64,000 nucleotides of DNA from a virus. Each line of letters begins with the position of its first letter. Position 1 is the first letter of the stretch. The notes under the pieces are model-generated. The model was not told where the DNA came from. It saw nothing but the letters and a program-made list of their open reading frames with translations, and made no database searches. This document shows, one piece after another, positions 8,876 through 17,691 of the stretch. The stretch is taken from IMG/VR virus record IMGVR_UViG_3300047585_000208, positions 64,001-128,000 of that record. The stretch is one strand, 5' to 3'. The position numbers were made by a program, and so were the translations under genes.

Positions 8876-10998
8876 TGCGTTTATTAAAAGCAAAGTTTGT
8901 CAACTATTGCCGTCACCGGGATTTGGAGATCAACTTCAATCCCGGTTTGACGGCTATTGTCGGACCTAACGGTTCCGGTAAATCGACCATTCTTAATGGT
9001 CTAGTCTGGTGCCTCACTGGCGTAGACCGTAACGTTGGAAAGAAGGATGATAACATCAGTCTTGCTGCACTCGATCGTGAGCCGGCTGGGGTTACGGTTT
9101 GGTTTGAGCACGCTGGTGTTACTGCGGAGATGTACCGTGGACTTTATCCTTCGAAGCAGCATCTGCGCTTTGGCGATACTCTCCTAAATAAAGACAAGGA
9201 GATTCGCGTAAAGCTTCAAGAGATCCTTGGGGCTAGCGAAGACGTTCTACTCAATTACGTCTTTGTTGAGCAGCTCAAGATGTTCGCATTCATCGGTCAA
9301 AGCGATACCCAGGTCGCTCAGGCGATGGGACAGCTCTTTGGCACAGATAAAGCAGAGCGTATCTACGAGATGCTGGGAAAGCAGCAAGTTACTATTCCCC
9401 TGTCTGCCGTTGACGGAGATCAGCTCGCGATCAAGACTCAAGAAGCTGAGCAGCTGCTAGCTGAAGTCGATAGCGACCTTTTGCAGTATCAGGACATCCA
9501 AGACGGCTGGACAGAGACCCGGTCACCGCACTACACTAAGCTTCAAACTTTCAAAGAGCGACAACGCCTTTGGGAGGACTTCAATAAAACGACAGCGCAA
9601 ATAGCGGCCCCAAACGCTAAATTGGCTGAACTTCAGCCGGAGCTTTTACGTAGAAAAGCTGAATTAGAGGAGTTGAGTAATGCATTACTCAGCAGAAAGC
9701 CAGCTGTTGCCAAAGCTAAAGCCGACCAGACTGAGTGGATCCGCTATAATGCCGCGATTGGCTATCAGGCACTCAATAAAAAGAGAGAACTTGAACAGCA
9801 AGCGATCCTTAGCTCGCTGGTTGAGCCGTATAAGCCTCCAGAGTGTACACAGTTTGCTGAGGTTGACCGGACTGTAATGCTTGGTAGACAAGACGAGCTT
9901 AAACGCCGCAGACAGCTTGTTGCTGCCTGGAAAAATGGTGGCTCTGGCAAATGCCACGCCTGCGGAACTTCAGCTACTGTTATCCGAGCTAGGCTCCCAG
10001 AAGAGGAAGAAGAAATAATTGTACTTTCTGCGAGAGTTGCCCTTGACAATCAACTCTGGGATTCATATAAAGGCTATAACCAGCAACTTGAGCTTTACAA
10101 GAGGCAAAAAGACGCAGCTACTCGATCGCTCGCCGATATCCGAAAACAGCTTAATGAGATAGCTCTTCCGCCAAAGCCAGCGCAAGGCGAAGCTGAAATT
10201 AATTCGTTTCTGGAAGAACAGCAGACGTATGAGAGTGGGTTCGTGGCGCTTGAGCAGGTGTATAACCAGCTTTCAAGAACTTGTGCTGAGCTTGAAGGGC
10301 AGATCAATCAGTTGAACGCACTAGAGCAAGCTTTGGCTGACAAGATCTTTGCTATTCCTTTGATTAAGCCAGAAGAAGCGGTTGAAGCAGAGCTAAAGCT
10401 CGAAGAAGGCCGTAAGCGGGTAGAGGTAAAGCGAAACCTCCTCGCAAGGCAGCGCCTCTTGATTGAGCAGCTTAAACACGATAAGATTTCCGCTGAAAAG
10501 TACCAAGAGTACAAAAAGAAAGTTCATCGGCTTGAGGCGTTAGAGCAACACAGGGTGAAAGTCCGGGAGATTTTTCATCGAGACAACTTGCAGAAGAGAG
10601 TAGTTGAGAGTTATTTGGAGCTTCTTAAAGAAGAGATTAATCAGCATCAAGAAAGTTTTGATGCGACTTGTCGAGTCCTTGGATTCGAAGATTGGCGGTT
10701 TATTGTTAAGAAGCTTCCGGGAGGAGAGGTTCATTCAGCGTCGAGACTTTCAAAGGGTGAGCAAGCTTTATTTGCGCTAGCTTATCGAATTGTAATTAAC
10801 TCGACTTTTGCAAAGGATCTTGGCCTCCTCTGTTTAGATGAACCGACAGTGGCTTTGGACGCGGATAATAGAAGGTGTCTGGAGACTGCGCTCATAAAAC
10901 TTAGAGAACTAAGTGAGTCGCGAGGTCTTCAGGTGCTCTTGGTTACGCATGACACTGATATTGGTTCATTTGATACCGTAATCCGGCTGGAGGCCTGA
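8875..10998 (+). CDS. sbcC: SbcC/Rad50-like SMC ATPase
   Basis: Walker A GPNGSGKST; coiled coil with CHAC Zn hook; signature LSKGE; Walker B LDEPT; VTHD. Confidence 0.93.
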   Translation: MRLLKAKFVNYCRHRDLEINFNPGLTAIVGPNGSGKSTILNGLVWCLTGVDRNVGKKDDNISLAALDREPAGVTVWFEHAGVTAEMYRGLYPSKQHLRFGDTLLNKDKEIRVKLQEILGASEDVLLNYVFVEQLKMFAFIGQSDTQVAQAMGQLFGTDKAERIYEMLGKQQVTIPLSAVDGDQLAIKTQEAEQLLAEVDSDLLQYQDIQDGWTETRSPHYTKLQTFKERQRLWEDFNKTTAQIAAPNAKLAELQPELLRRKAELEELSNALLSRKPAVAKAKADQTEWIRYNAAIGYQALNKKRELEQQAILSSLVEPYKPPECTQFAEVDRTVMLGRQDELKRRRQLVAAWKNGGSGKCHACGTSATVIRARLPEEEEEIIVLSARVALDNQLWDSYKGYNQQLELYKRQKDAATRSLADIRKQLNEIALPPKPAQGEAEINSFLEEQQTYESGFVALEQVYNQLSRTCAELEGQINQLNALEQALADKIFAIPLIKPEEAVEAELKLEEGRKRVEVKRNLLARQRLLIEQLKHDKISAEKYQEYKKKVHRLEALEQHRVKVREIFHRDNLQKRVVESYLELLKEEINQHQESFDATCRVLGFEDWRFIVKKLPGGEVHSASRLSKGEQALFALAYRIVINSTFAKDLGLLCLDEPTVALDADNRRCLETALIKLRELSESRGLQVLLVTHDTDIGSFDTVIRLEA

Positions 10999-11936
10999 TG
11001 GAAAAGTTGATTCAGCCTGAGGCTGTAGACGCCGATCGGCTTAAGCTGGTTGTTGATCATCACGGAATAGTGTGGTTTGCCGAAGGAGCCGATTCGCCTC
11101 GAAATTCGGGTTTTAATGTTCAAGATTATATAGCGCAGGCCGATAACCTTCGGGCTGTTTCAGGTATTCGTGTCATAGGCACACACGAGAACTCTGAACT
11201 TCTTCTTCGGCTTTACCGAATGCGGTCTGCCGGGCAATTTCCAATTCTTGAAGTTTGTAGTCCTCTTTGCTGCGAGCCCGCGGCACAGCGGAAAGACCCA
11301 GAAGTGGTGCTTTACAAGATGCGTAACTTCCCAGTTGCCAGGTCTGTGGGTGGCTGGCATGAGTTTGATGCCTCAGATGTTAAGTCTTACTTGCTTGCTT
11401 TGCACTATCAAAAGGGTCTGACAATCACTGAAACCCAGCAAGCGGTTCTCCGTGAGCATCGTATGTGGCTTCCTTTGTCATTCATTCACGATATTGACAT
11501 TGAGGCTTGCTGTACGCTCGTAGGGTTACTCATTGACCCTCGCTGGTACGTCAGCCGAACAGAGCCAGATAGCGAGGGTAAGCTTGAGCAGTTTTTAGGG
11601 CTTAGCACTTCAATTCAATCTGGAGCTGAAAAGGGCCAAGGAAAACTGCACGACCGGTGCCGGCTTGTTCAAAAATGCTGGCGGCGACGTGGAGCTCCTC
11701 GGTGTAATCCAGAAGACCCAAGACAGTTTCTATGGCGTATGTGGAATGAAAAAGGCGGTGGAGCAAGGGCAGACTTGTTTATATCGAAGAAGTTTGTGAG
11801 CTTTTTGAAAGCAGTCTGGACAGACGCTCTTGCTCCAGAGTCTCGGCGTGGCCGGCTAATGGTGTCAAAACATTGGTTTTCTGAACCACGAGATGCTGAA
11901 GCTTTTGATCAATATACTCAGGCTGGTGCCTGTTAA
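10998..11936 (+). CDS. hypothetical protein, possible degenerate IS110-transposase-like fold
   Basis: LSFIHDIDIEACCTLVGLLIDPRWY...LEQFLGLSTSIQSG resembles the IS110 C-terminal domain pattern. Confidence 0.45.
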   Translation: MEKLIQPEAVDADRLKLVVDHHGIVWFAEGADSPRNSGFNVQDYIAQADNLRAVSGIRVIGTHENSELLLRLYRMRSAGQFPILEVCSPLCCEPAAQRKDPEVVLYKMRNFPVARSVGGWHEFDASDVKSYLLALHYQKGLTITETQQAVLREHRMWLPLSFIHDIDIEACCTLVGLLIDPRWYVSRTEPDSEGKLEQFLGLSTSIQSGAEKGQGKLHDRCRLVQKCWRRRGAPRCNPEDPRQFLWRMWNEKGGGARADLFISKKFVSFLKAVWTDALAPESRRGRLMVSKHWFSEPRDAEAFDQYTQAGAC

Positions 11937-11944
11937 GAGGAGTC

Positions 11945-13444
11945 GTGGAAAAACTTACACTTCGTAAATCGGGCGCGGTTCTCGAAATCTCGCTCGACGG
12001 GAAACCTCACGCTTCTTCGGCGCTTCCAGAAGCCGCTAGAAGGATATTAGAGCCTGCCCTTCAATACCAGTACCGCAAATTTTTGTATGGAGCAGATCGC
12101 CGTTGCCCGGTTACTGGCGTTCAGCGCCGGGTTTTAGTAACTGATAAACAACTCTACAGGTACGACGAATACGGCCGCCTTATCACTAACTTTGGATTTG
12201 CCAATCGCGTTCAAAATCTCCTCCGTTCGGTCGGTTACATCCTCGAATGTAAAATTGTACCCAGTGACCGTGAAGCGCACCGGGACTGCGCACGTCCGGA
12301 CGCTTACTCTTTTTGTCCCGAAAACATCTTAGAGCACTTTCAGTTTAGGGAGCGCCAAGACGACGCTATTGCCGCAATTGCAGGGGCTCAAAATGGTCTT
12401 GTCAATGCGGTTACCGGCTTCGGGAAGCTGGTACTTATCGCAATGACATGCCTTGCTTACCCCAAGGCAGTCTTTCATATTGTTACTCGGCGAGCTACGC
12501 TTGTTCATAAGATTCACGACTACTTGACGAAGTACATTCCAGACGTAGGGTTAGTTGGAGCTGGGTCTCGTTATGTCGGTAGACGCGTGACTGTCTCAAC
12601 TGCCGCGAGTATGCACCACTTGTCCCCCTGGGACGCAGATTTTCTTTTGGCCGACGAAGCTCATGAACTTCTTGCTGAAGAGTCAGCTAAATTTTTAGCT
12701 AAGTACGACTGCGCTAGGATGTTTGCCTTTACTGCTTCTCCAACCGGTCGCATGGACGGCACTGACATGCGGATGGAAGCTATTTTTGGAGAGCAGATCT
12801 TTTACCTTCCTTATTGGGAAGCTGTTGAACTTGGATTAGTGGTCCCTATTAGGGTCGAATGGACTGACGTGCTTATGGATCACAACCCAGTCGCTGACAA
12901 AGACGGGGTTCCAAAGAAGCGCTGGGGGCATTGGCGTAATCAGTATCGGAATCAGCTCATTGCTGATAAAGCTAATAGCTTCGATAGCGCCGACCAGGTT
13001 CTTCTTCTGGTTGACACGATTGAGCACGCGTGTTATTTGAAAGCTCATCTTCCTACCTATAAGTTGGTTTACGCACCAGGAGAAGTGGCTAAGACTGATT
13101 TCTATGTGGCTAAAGATCTAGTCAAGGAGGAAGACCTTAAGCTGACACCAAAGCTTGCTGAGCAGTTTCGAAAAGAGTTCGAGGCTGGCGAGCTTAAGAA
13201 GGTCATAGCGACCGGTGTTTGGTCAGTAGGTATTGACCCAGTTCATTTGACAGCGCTTATTCGTGGGTCAGCCGGTAGCTCCGAGATTATGGATATCCAA
13301 GCCCCCGGTCGCGCCTCTAGGCGAGTTCCTGGTAAACACGTTGGGATAGTCTGCGATTTTAAGGATCAATTCGATTCTGCATTTTCAAGTGCCGCTAAAA
13401 AACGAGCTTCACATTACAAAGCTCTTCGTTGGGAGCAAGTATGA
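11945..13444 (+). CDS. superfamily 2 helicase (UvsW-like)
   Basis: TGFGK, DEAH, TAS, GID and QAPGRASR motifs. Confidence 0.9.
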   Translation: MEKLTLRKSGAVLEISLDGKPHASSALPEAARRILEPALQYQYRKFLYGADRRCPVTGVQRRVLVTDKQLYRYDEYGRLITNFGFANRVQNLLRSVGYILECKIVPSDREAHRDCARPDAYSFCPENILEHFQFRERQDDAIAAIAGAQNGLVNAVTGFGKLVLIAMTCLAYPKAVFHIVTRRATLVHKIHDYLTKYIPDVGLVGAGSRYVGRRVTVSTAASMHHLSPWDADFLLADEAHELLAEESAKFLAKYDCARMFAFTASPTGRMDGTDMRMEAIFGEQIFYLPYWEAVELGLVVPIRVEWTDVLMDHNPVADKDGVPKKRWGHWRNQYRNQLIADKANSFDSADQVLLLVDTIEHACYLKAHLPTYKLVYAPGEVAKTDFYVAKDLVKEEDLKLTPKLAEQFRKEFEAGELKKVIATGVWSVGIDPVHLTALIRGSAGSSEIMDIQAPGRASRRVPGKHVGIVCDFKDQFDSAFSSAAKKRASHYKALRWEQV

Positions 13445-14100
13445 CGGATACCGACGATCAAATTGACCGACTTGCTGAGGCTATTAGAGACATGTACTGG
13501 GAAGAAAGAATTCGGTACGAGGGTCAAGCTACCGGCAGGTTTGGAAAAGCCGGAGATCACCACGCGGTTCGTTGGGACGGCGGGGAAGACGTTTATGGTC
13601 GACGTTATGAGCCTATTTGGCCAAAGATTGCAAAGAGGCTCATAAAAGACTTCATCTCTCCGGAGCGGGCTATTAGAGCTGTCTTCATGACGGCGCATGG
13701 AACTTCAGCGCCGCTGCCTAATGTGCTGCTTGGTAAGAACTTAGCGAGAACTGTTGAAGTAACCGCAGAGAATCGGTTTGAGGAGATCAAGCGTCAGGCC
13801 AACGTTGAGGTTGAATATGCCAAGACACATATCATCCTGCTGATGAGCAGCTATACCGAGACCCAATCTCAGCGATTAGCAATAGTTAGTAGTGAGATAC
13901 AGCTTACTCCTTTATTCCGATTTTGCTTGGCCGTTAAATTCGGTCATTTTGATTTAGCAGAGAAGTATAGAGAAAGGGCATTCAATCAATTCATTAATGA
14001 CGCCGAGTGCTACAGGCAAATCTTTCAAGACGGGTTCATACCGGCGGAGTTCGATACTCGACTGGCAGAGCTCAGGACAGCAGTCAGGAGCGCCAAATGA
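13441..14100 (+). CDS. hypothetical protein in replication cluster
   Basis: Coupled by ATGA overlaps on both sides. Confidence 0.7.
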   Translation: MTDTDDQIDRLAEAIRDMYWEERIRYEGQATGRFGKAGDHHAVRWDGGEDVYGRRYEPIWPKIAKRLIKDFISPERAIRAVFMTAHGTSAPLPNVLLGKNLARTVEVTAENRFEEIKRQANVEVEYAKTHIILLMSSYTETQSQRLAIVSSEIQLTPLFRFCLAVKFGHFDLAEKYRERAFNQFINDAECYRQIFQDGFIPAEFDTRLAELRTAVRSAK

Positions 14101-15752
14101 CAAATCAGTTGGACTGCACAGAAACGCGCGCTCGCATGGTGCTGGAAGAACGCTTATTTATGATGGCGTTTATTCTGCGGCTCCCAGAGTTATTTGCTCA
14201 AGCGGCGACGCACTTCAAAGCACAGTTATTTTCGGAATCGGATGAGCCGCATCTCCGACTTCTCTGGCGAGTTATTGCAGGAATTTTAAAGCAGCACGGG
14301 ACAACCCGGTTCTTTGTTAATAAAGACCAGACCTGGAATATGCTTTCTGCTGAGTGCAGCGCTTATATAGCTGCGCATCCGACAGAGTTACCAGAGGTTT
14401 ATCGCGAGCAATTGCTAGGCGATGCCCCACAGGGTTTCTTGGCTTGGACATTTAATCTGCAAGAGAAGGAGTTAGTCAAGCTCTGGGGGCAGGAGCTTAT
14501 TATTCGGTTTCTTGAAGAGCGCTGGGTGCAAGACCCAATGCGCCGAGCTATCGATGGGGCGGGTAATCAAACGCTCGCTAACCTTAATTCGATCTTGCGA
14601 GAAGTCCGTGAGCGTGAAGCGCTTGTTACCTCGTTGACCGGTTCGGAATCTGAAGAAGTAATTCCAGACGGCTGGATACCTCAAGCGATTACGCTTGTGC
14701 CGACTAACGTACCGTTCATCGACAAGATTCTCAATGGCGGAGATGCAGCCAAAGAAACTTACGGCGTTCTTGGTGCGTTTAAAGCCGGTAAGACAACTCT
14801 TGCGATTCAGATAGTGAGTGGGACTGCTAGGTATGAGCTGGGGCAAAGAGGTAGAAATCCGGATCACGAGCTTCGATTTGGTTACATGTTCACTTATGAA
14901 GCTGGGGCAGACGAATCGCGAAGTCGTATTATTTCGCATATGGCCAGGATTTCTCGTGCCACGCTCATGAACTGGGGTAAAGAACCTCTATCAACAGCTG
15001 GTAATTACAAACCATATGAATTGGCTGCGTTTAAGGCTGAGATCGAGGAGTGCCAGAGGGCTGGTGTCCCGTTTGGTGGAGAGAAAGAACGATATGAAGC
15101 GGCTAAGCAGCACATGCAGCAACTTCGTATCTTTGACATGTCTGGTCCAATCGCTAATCCAAAGCAAGGTAGCGGAGGTCTAGATGAGATCGCGATGAAG
15201 CTTGACCAAGAAGCTCAGCATGGGCGTAAGCCTCGTCGTGTAGTGATTGACTATGCCGGGCTATGTGTAAATCGTTTCTGTTCCGAGCATGGGGTTAATA
15301 ATCCTAGCGAGCGCTTTCAGGCACTTAACACCTTCGGCTATGACACTTTGCGGAAGATCGCAGTTCCGTATGACTGCTCTGTTTGGATTATGCATCAGTT
15401 GTCTGGTCAGGCCAATAAGGCAACCTGGGCTAAGAAGCAATCTCATGCAGACGCAGCCGGTGGCGCGTCATTTGCTGAAAATTTAGTGACTTGTTTTCAG
15501 CTCGGTATTCCTCATCCAACCCACAAGGGATCTTATTTCTCGTGTGGCGTTTCTAGGCGAACGGATGTTGGAGAGCCCATTCTTGTTCGCTTGGACGGGC
15601 TTCTTGGCACAATTCGTGACGCGTCGTCCGAACTGCTCGACCGAGATGGCGAATTAGTCTTGAAGTCAGAGTTTGGAAATATCCATCGCAGTGTTCAACC
15701 AAGACTGGCTGAACGCACAGGTGGCGGTTATGTAGCGAGGGCTTTTGAATGA
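14097..15752 (+). CDS. DnaB-like replicative helicase
   Basis: Walker A GAFKAGKT, VVIDY and HQLS motifs; adjacent to primase. Confidence 0.82.
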   Translation: MTNQLDCTETRARMVLEERLFMMAFILRLPELFAQAATHFKAQLFSESDEPHLRLLWRVIAGILKQHGTTRFFVNKDQTWNMLSAECSAYIAAHPTELPEVYREQLLGDAPQGFLAWTFNLQEKELVKLWGQELIIRFLEERWVQDPMRRAIDGAGNQTLANLNSILREVREREALVTSLTGSESEEVIPDGWIPQAITLVPTNVPFIDKILNGGDAAKETYGVLGAFKAGKTTLAIQIVSGTARYELGQRGRNPDHELRFGYMFTYEAGADESRSRIISHMARISRATLMNWGKEPLSTAGNYKPYELAAFKAEIEECQRAGVPFGGEKERYEAAKQHMQQLRIFDMSGPIANPKQGSGGLDEIAMKLDQEAQHGRKPRRVVIDYAGLCVNRFCSEHGVNNPSERFQALNTFGYDTLRKIAVPYDCSVWIMHQLSGQANKATWAKKQSHADAAGGASFAENLVTCFQLGIPHPTHKGSYFSCGVSRRTDVGEPILVRLDGLLGTIRDASSELLDRDGELVLKSEFGNIHRSVQPRLAERTGGGYVARAFE

Positions 15753-16822
15753 GAGCCCTTAGACCAGCTCTGTACGATCGGCTAAAAGCCAGAGCTTCAA
15801 TGCACAAATTTGGGGAGATTGTCATTGCTCACGAGAATGAGTCAATGGTCTCTCACGTAGAGTGGTCTGCGGATGAAGAGCGATTTAAGCTTCGCATTGA
15901 TCAGCCAGGCGAGTACTACAGGGTCAATTGCCCCTTTTGCACAGATACTCGTCGTCGGCTTTGGATCAATCACATGTGGGGCTTTTATAACGAGCGCTGC
16001 CGGAGCCGAAACCTCTGGTTAGCTGCTTGCTATAACGAGAGCTGTCTTCAAAGGCCTGGTTATGCCTACAAACTCTACGAAATGATATTTAGCGATGTAA
16101 CTAATCGAAGGCAGGCTGTAGAAGCGGATGTAGTCGAGGTAGGAGAGAAACCGGCAGGCCTTTGTCAAGAAGCTCGTCCACCGGGTGTAGTTTATCCGCT
16201 GCACGAGCTTCCGTTTGATCATCCAGCTAACCTGTATTTGCGTAAGCGCGGCTATGACACAGATATGCTTGGGCGTACTTTACAGGTTGGCTGGTGTTCG
16301 GAGGCTTCTTGTCGTGAGTTATTTCTGGCTGCGAATCGCGTGATTATCCCGATATGGCTCTACGGGACCTATGTCGGCTGGCAGGCTCGTGAAATAGAAG
16401 AGCGTGAAAGTACTGCTCCAAAATATTTCACGATGCCGGGGATGAAAAAGCGCGGCTGCCTCTATAACTACGACATTGCGAGAAATTTTGACTTTGTCGT
16501 GGTTACTGAGGGTGTTACGAAGGTCTGGAGTGTTGGTCCAGAGAGCGTAGCGATCCTTGGTAAGAAGCTTTCTTCCTGGCAAGCTCAAGCTATTTGTGGA
16601 ACCTGGAAGAAAGCCGTTATTTATTTAGACGGTAGCGCGGCAGAAGAAGCGCTTGAAGCTAAAGACGCTTTGAGAAGTGTTCCGGAGGTGGCGCTGGTTC
16701 AATTGCCATCAGGCAAAGAACCAGGAGATTTTTCAATTGATTACAATCGTCAATTAATTTATTACGAAGCAAAAAGGCAAGGCATAGCGCTTGCTGGGCT
16801 TAAGGAGGAGTCAGATGGGTAG
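15749..16822 (+). CDS. DNA primase (Zn finger + TOPRIM)
   Basis: CPFC/C Zn finger; GWQAR, KYF, LYNYD, TEG and YLD motifs. Confidence 0.87.
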   Translation: MRALRPALYDRLKARASMHKFGEIVIAHENESMVSHVEWSADEERFKLRIDQPGEYYRVNCPFCTDTRRRLWINHMWGFYNERCRSRNLWLAACYNESCLQRPGYAYKLYEMIFSDVTNRRQAVEADVVEVGEKPAGLCQEARPPGVVYPLHELPFDHPANLYLRKRGYDTDMLGRTLQVGWCSEASCRELFLAANRVIIPIWLYGTYVGWQAREIEERESTAPKYFTMPGMKKRGCLYNYDIARNFDFVVVTEGVTKVWSVGPESVAILGKKLSSWQAQAICGTWKKAVIYLDGSAAEEALEAKDALRSVPEVALVQLPSGKEPGDFSIDYNRQLIYYEAKRQGIALAGLKEESDG

Positions 16823-17057
16823 TGTGATTTTTATGTTGACTGCGGTTTTCGGACAGCTGTTGGTATTTGGAGCCGGTTATATGTTGTGTCGGCAATGCTT
16901 GGTACACGAGTATCGGATGCGAGCGTTGAAGTATCCGACTAAGACTTTTGCTGAGCTTACGGCTAGGTTTAATCGATTACCTAGTCGAGCAAAGATGATA
17001 TGGGCGTTGAACAAATTTGATTGGGACGAGTACTTGAATGGGTCGGACGCTAGTTGA
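16815..17057 (+). CDS. small membrane protein
   Basis: AGGAGGAG RBS; hydrophobic N-terminus. Confidence 0.55.
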   Translation: MGSVIFMLTAVFGQLLVFGAGYMLCRQCLVHEYRMRALKYPTKTFAELTARFNRLPSRAKMIWALNKFDWDEYLNGSDAS

Positions 17058-17084
17058 GTAACGTATTACTCAGAAAGGAGAAGG

Positions 17085-17381
17085 TTGTTGTTTCCAGCTT
17101 ATCTAGAAATTGACGGTTCGCAAGGAACAGGGTTTACAGCTTATCTAGAAATTGACGATTCGCAAGGAAGAGGGTGGGGCGATGTCAGGGATCACCTGAT
17201 AACTTATTCAGATGGAACCGGCGAAGGAGACGGCGACGCTGGAAGTAGTCTGGGCAATGGCTCCGGTAACGGCGTAGCTTCTGGTGCTGGAAGGCTTATA
17301 TCTGGTAGCGATGGTTTTGCTAAAGGAGCCGGGGTTGGTCGTGGTAATGCAGACGGTTCTGGTGAAGCTGAGTGGCGTTGA
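17085..17381 (+). CDS. small Gly-rich protein with internal 14-aa duplication
   Basis: GxG repeats; palindromes on both sides. Confidence 0.7.
   Translation: MLFPAYLEIDGSQGTGFTAYLEIDDSQGRGWGDVRDHLITYSDGTGEGDGDAGSSLGNGSGNGVASGAGRLISGSDGFAKGAGVGRGNADGSGEAEWR
17095..17175 (+). repeat. 42-bp tandem duplication
   Basis: CAGCTTATCTAGAAATTGACG(G/A)TTCGCAAGGAA(C/G)AGGGT at 17095 and 17137. Confidence 0.9.
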
Positions 17382-17417
17382 AAAGTTAAGTAACGCATTA
17401 CTCAGAAAGGAGGATAA

Positions 17418-17660
17418 ATGGCAGAAATAATTCACCGACAGGGTTGTGACTCGTCTGGGGTCGGTGGTGACTACGACGATTTCCTGTCTACGACTTTATA
17501 TGGTGCTGGTGGTCCAGATTTAGGTGCTGGAGATGTTACCGGTACTGGAAGCGACGCTGGCACTGGCGCAGGTTGTGGATTTTCTAACTTTTCGTATAGG
17601 GGTTCCGGAGCTGGGTATGGACGTAGCCATGGTAATGCCTATTTCTCTGGTATGGGCTGA
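17418..17660 (+). CDS. small Gly-rich protein
   Basis: AAGGAGG RBS; palindromes on both sides. Confidence 0.72.
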   Translation: MAEIIHRQGCDSSGVGGDYDDFLSTTLYGAGGPDLGAGDVTGTGSDAGTGAGCGFSNFSYRGSGAGYGRSHGNAYFSGMG

Positions 17661-17691
17661 GTAACGCATTACTCAGAAAAGAGAACTAATA

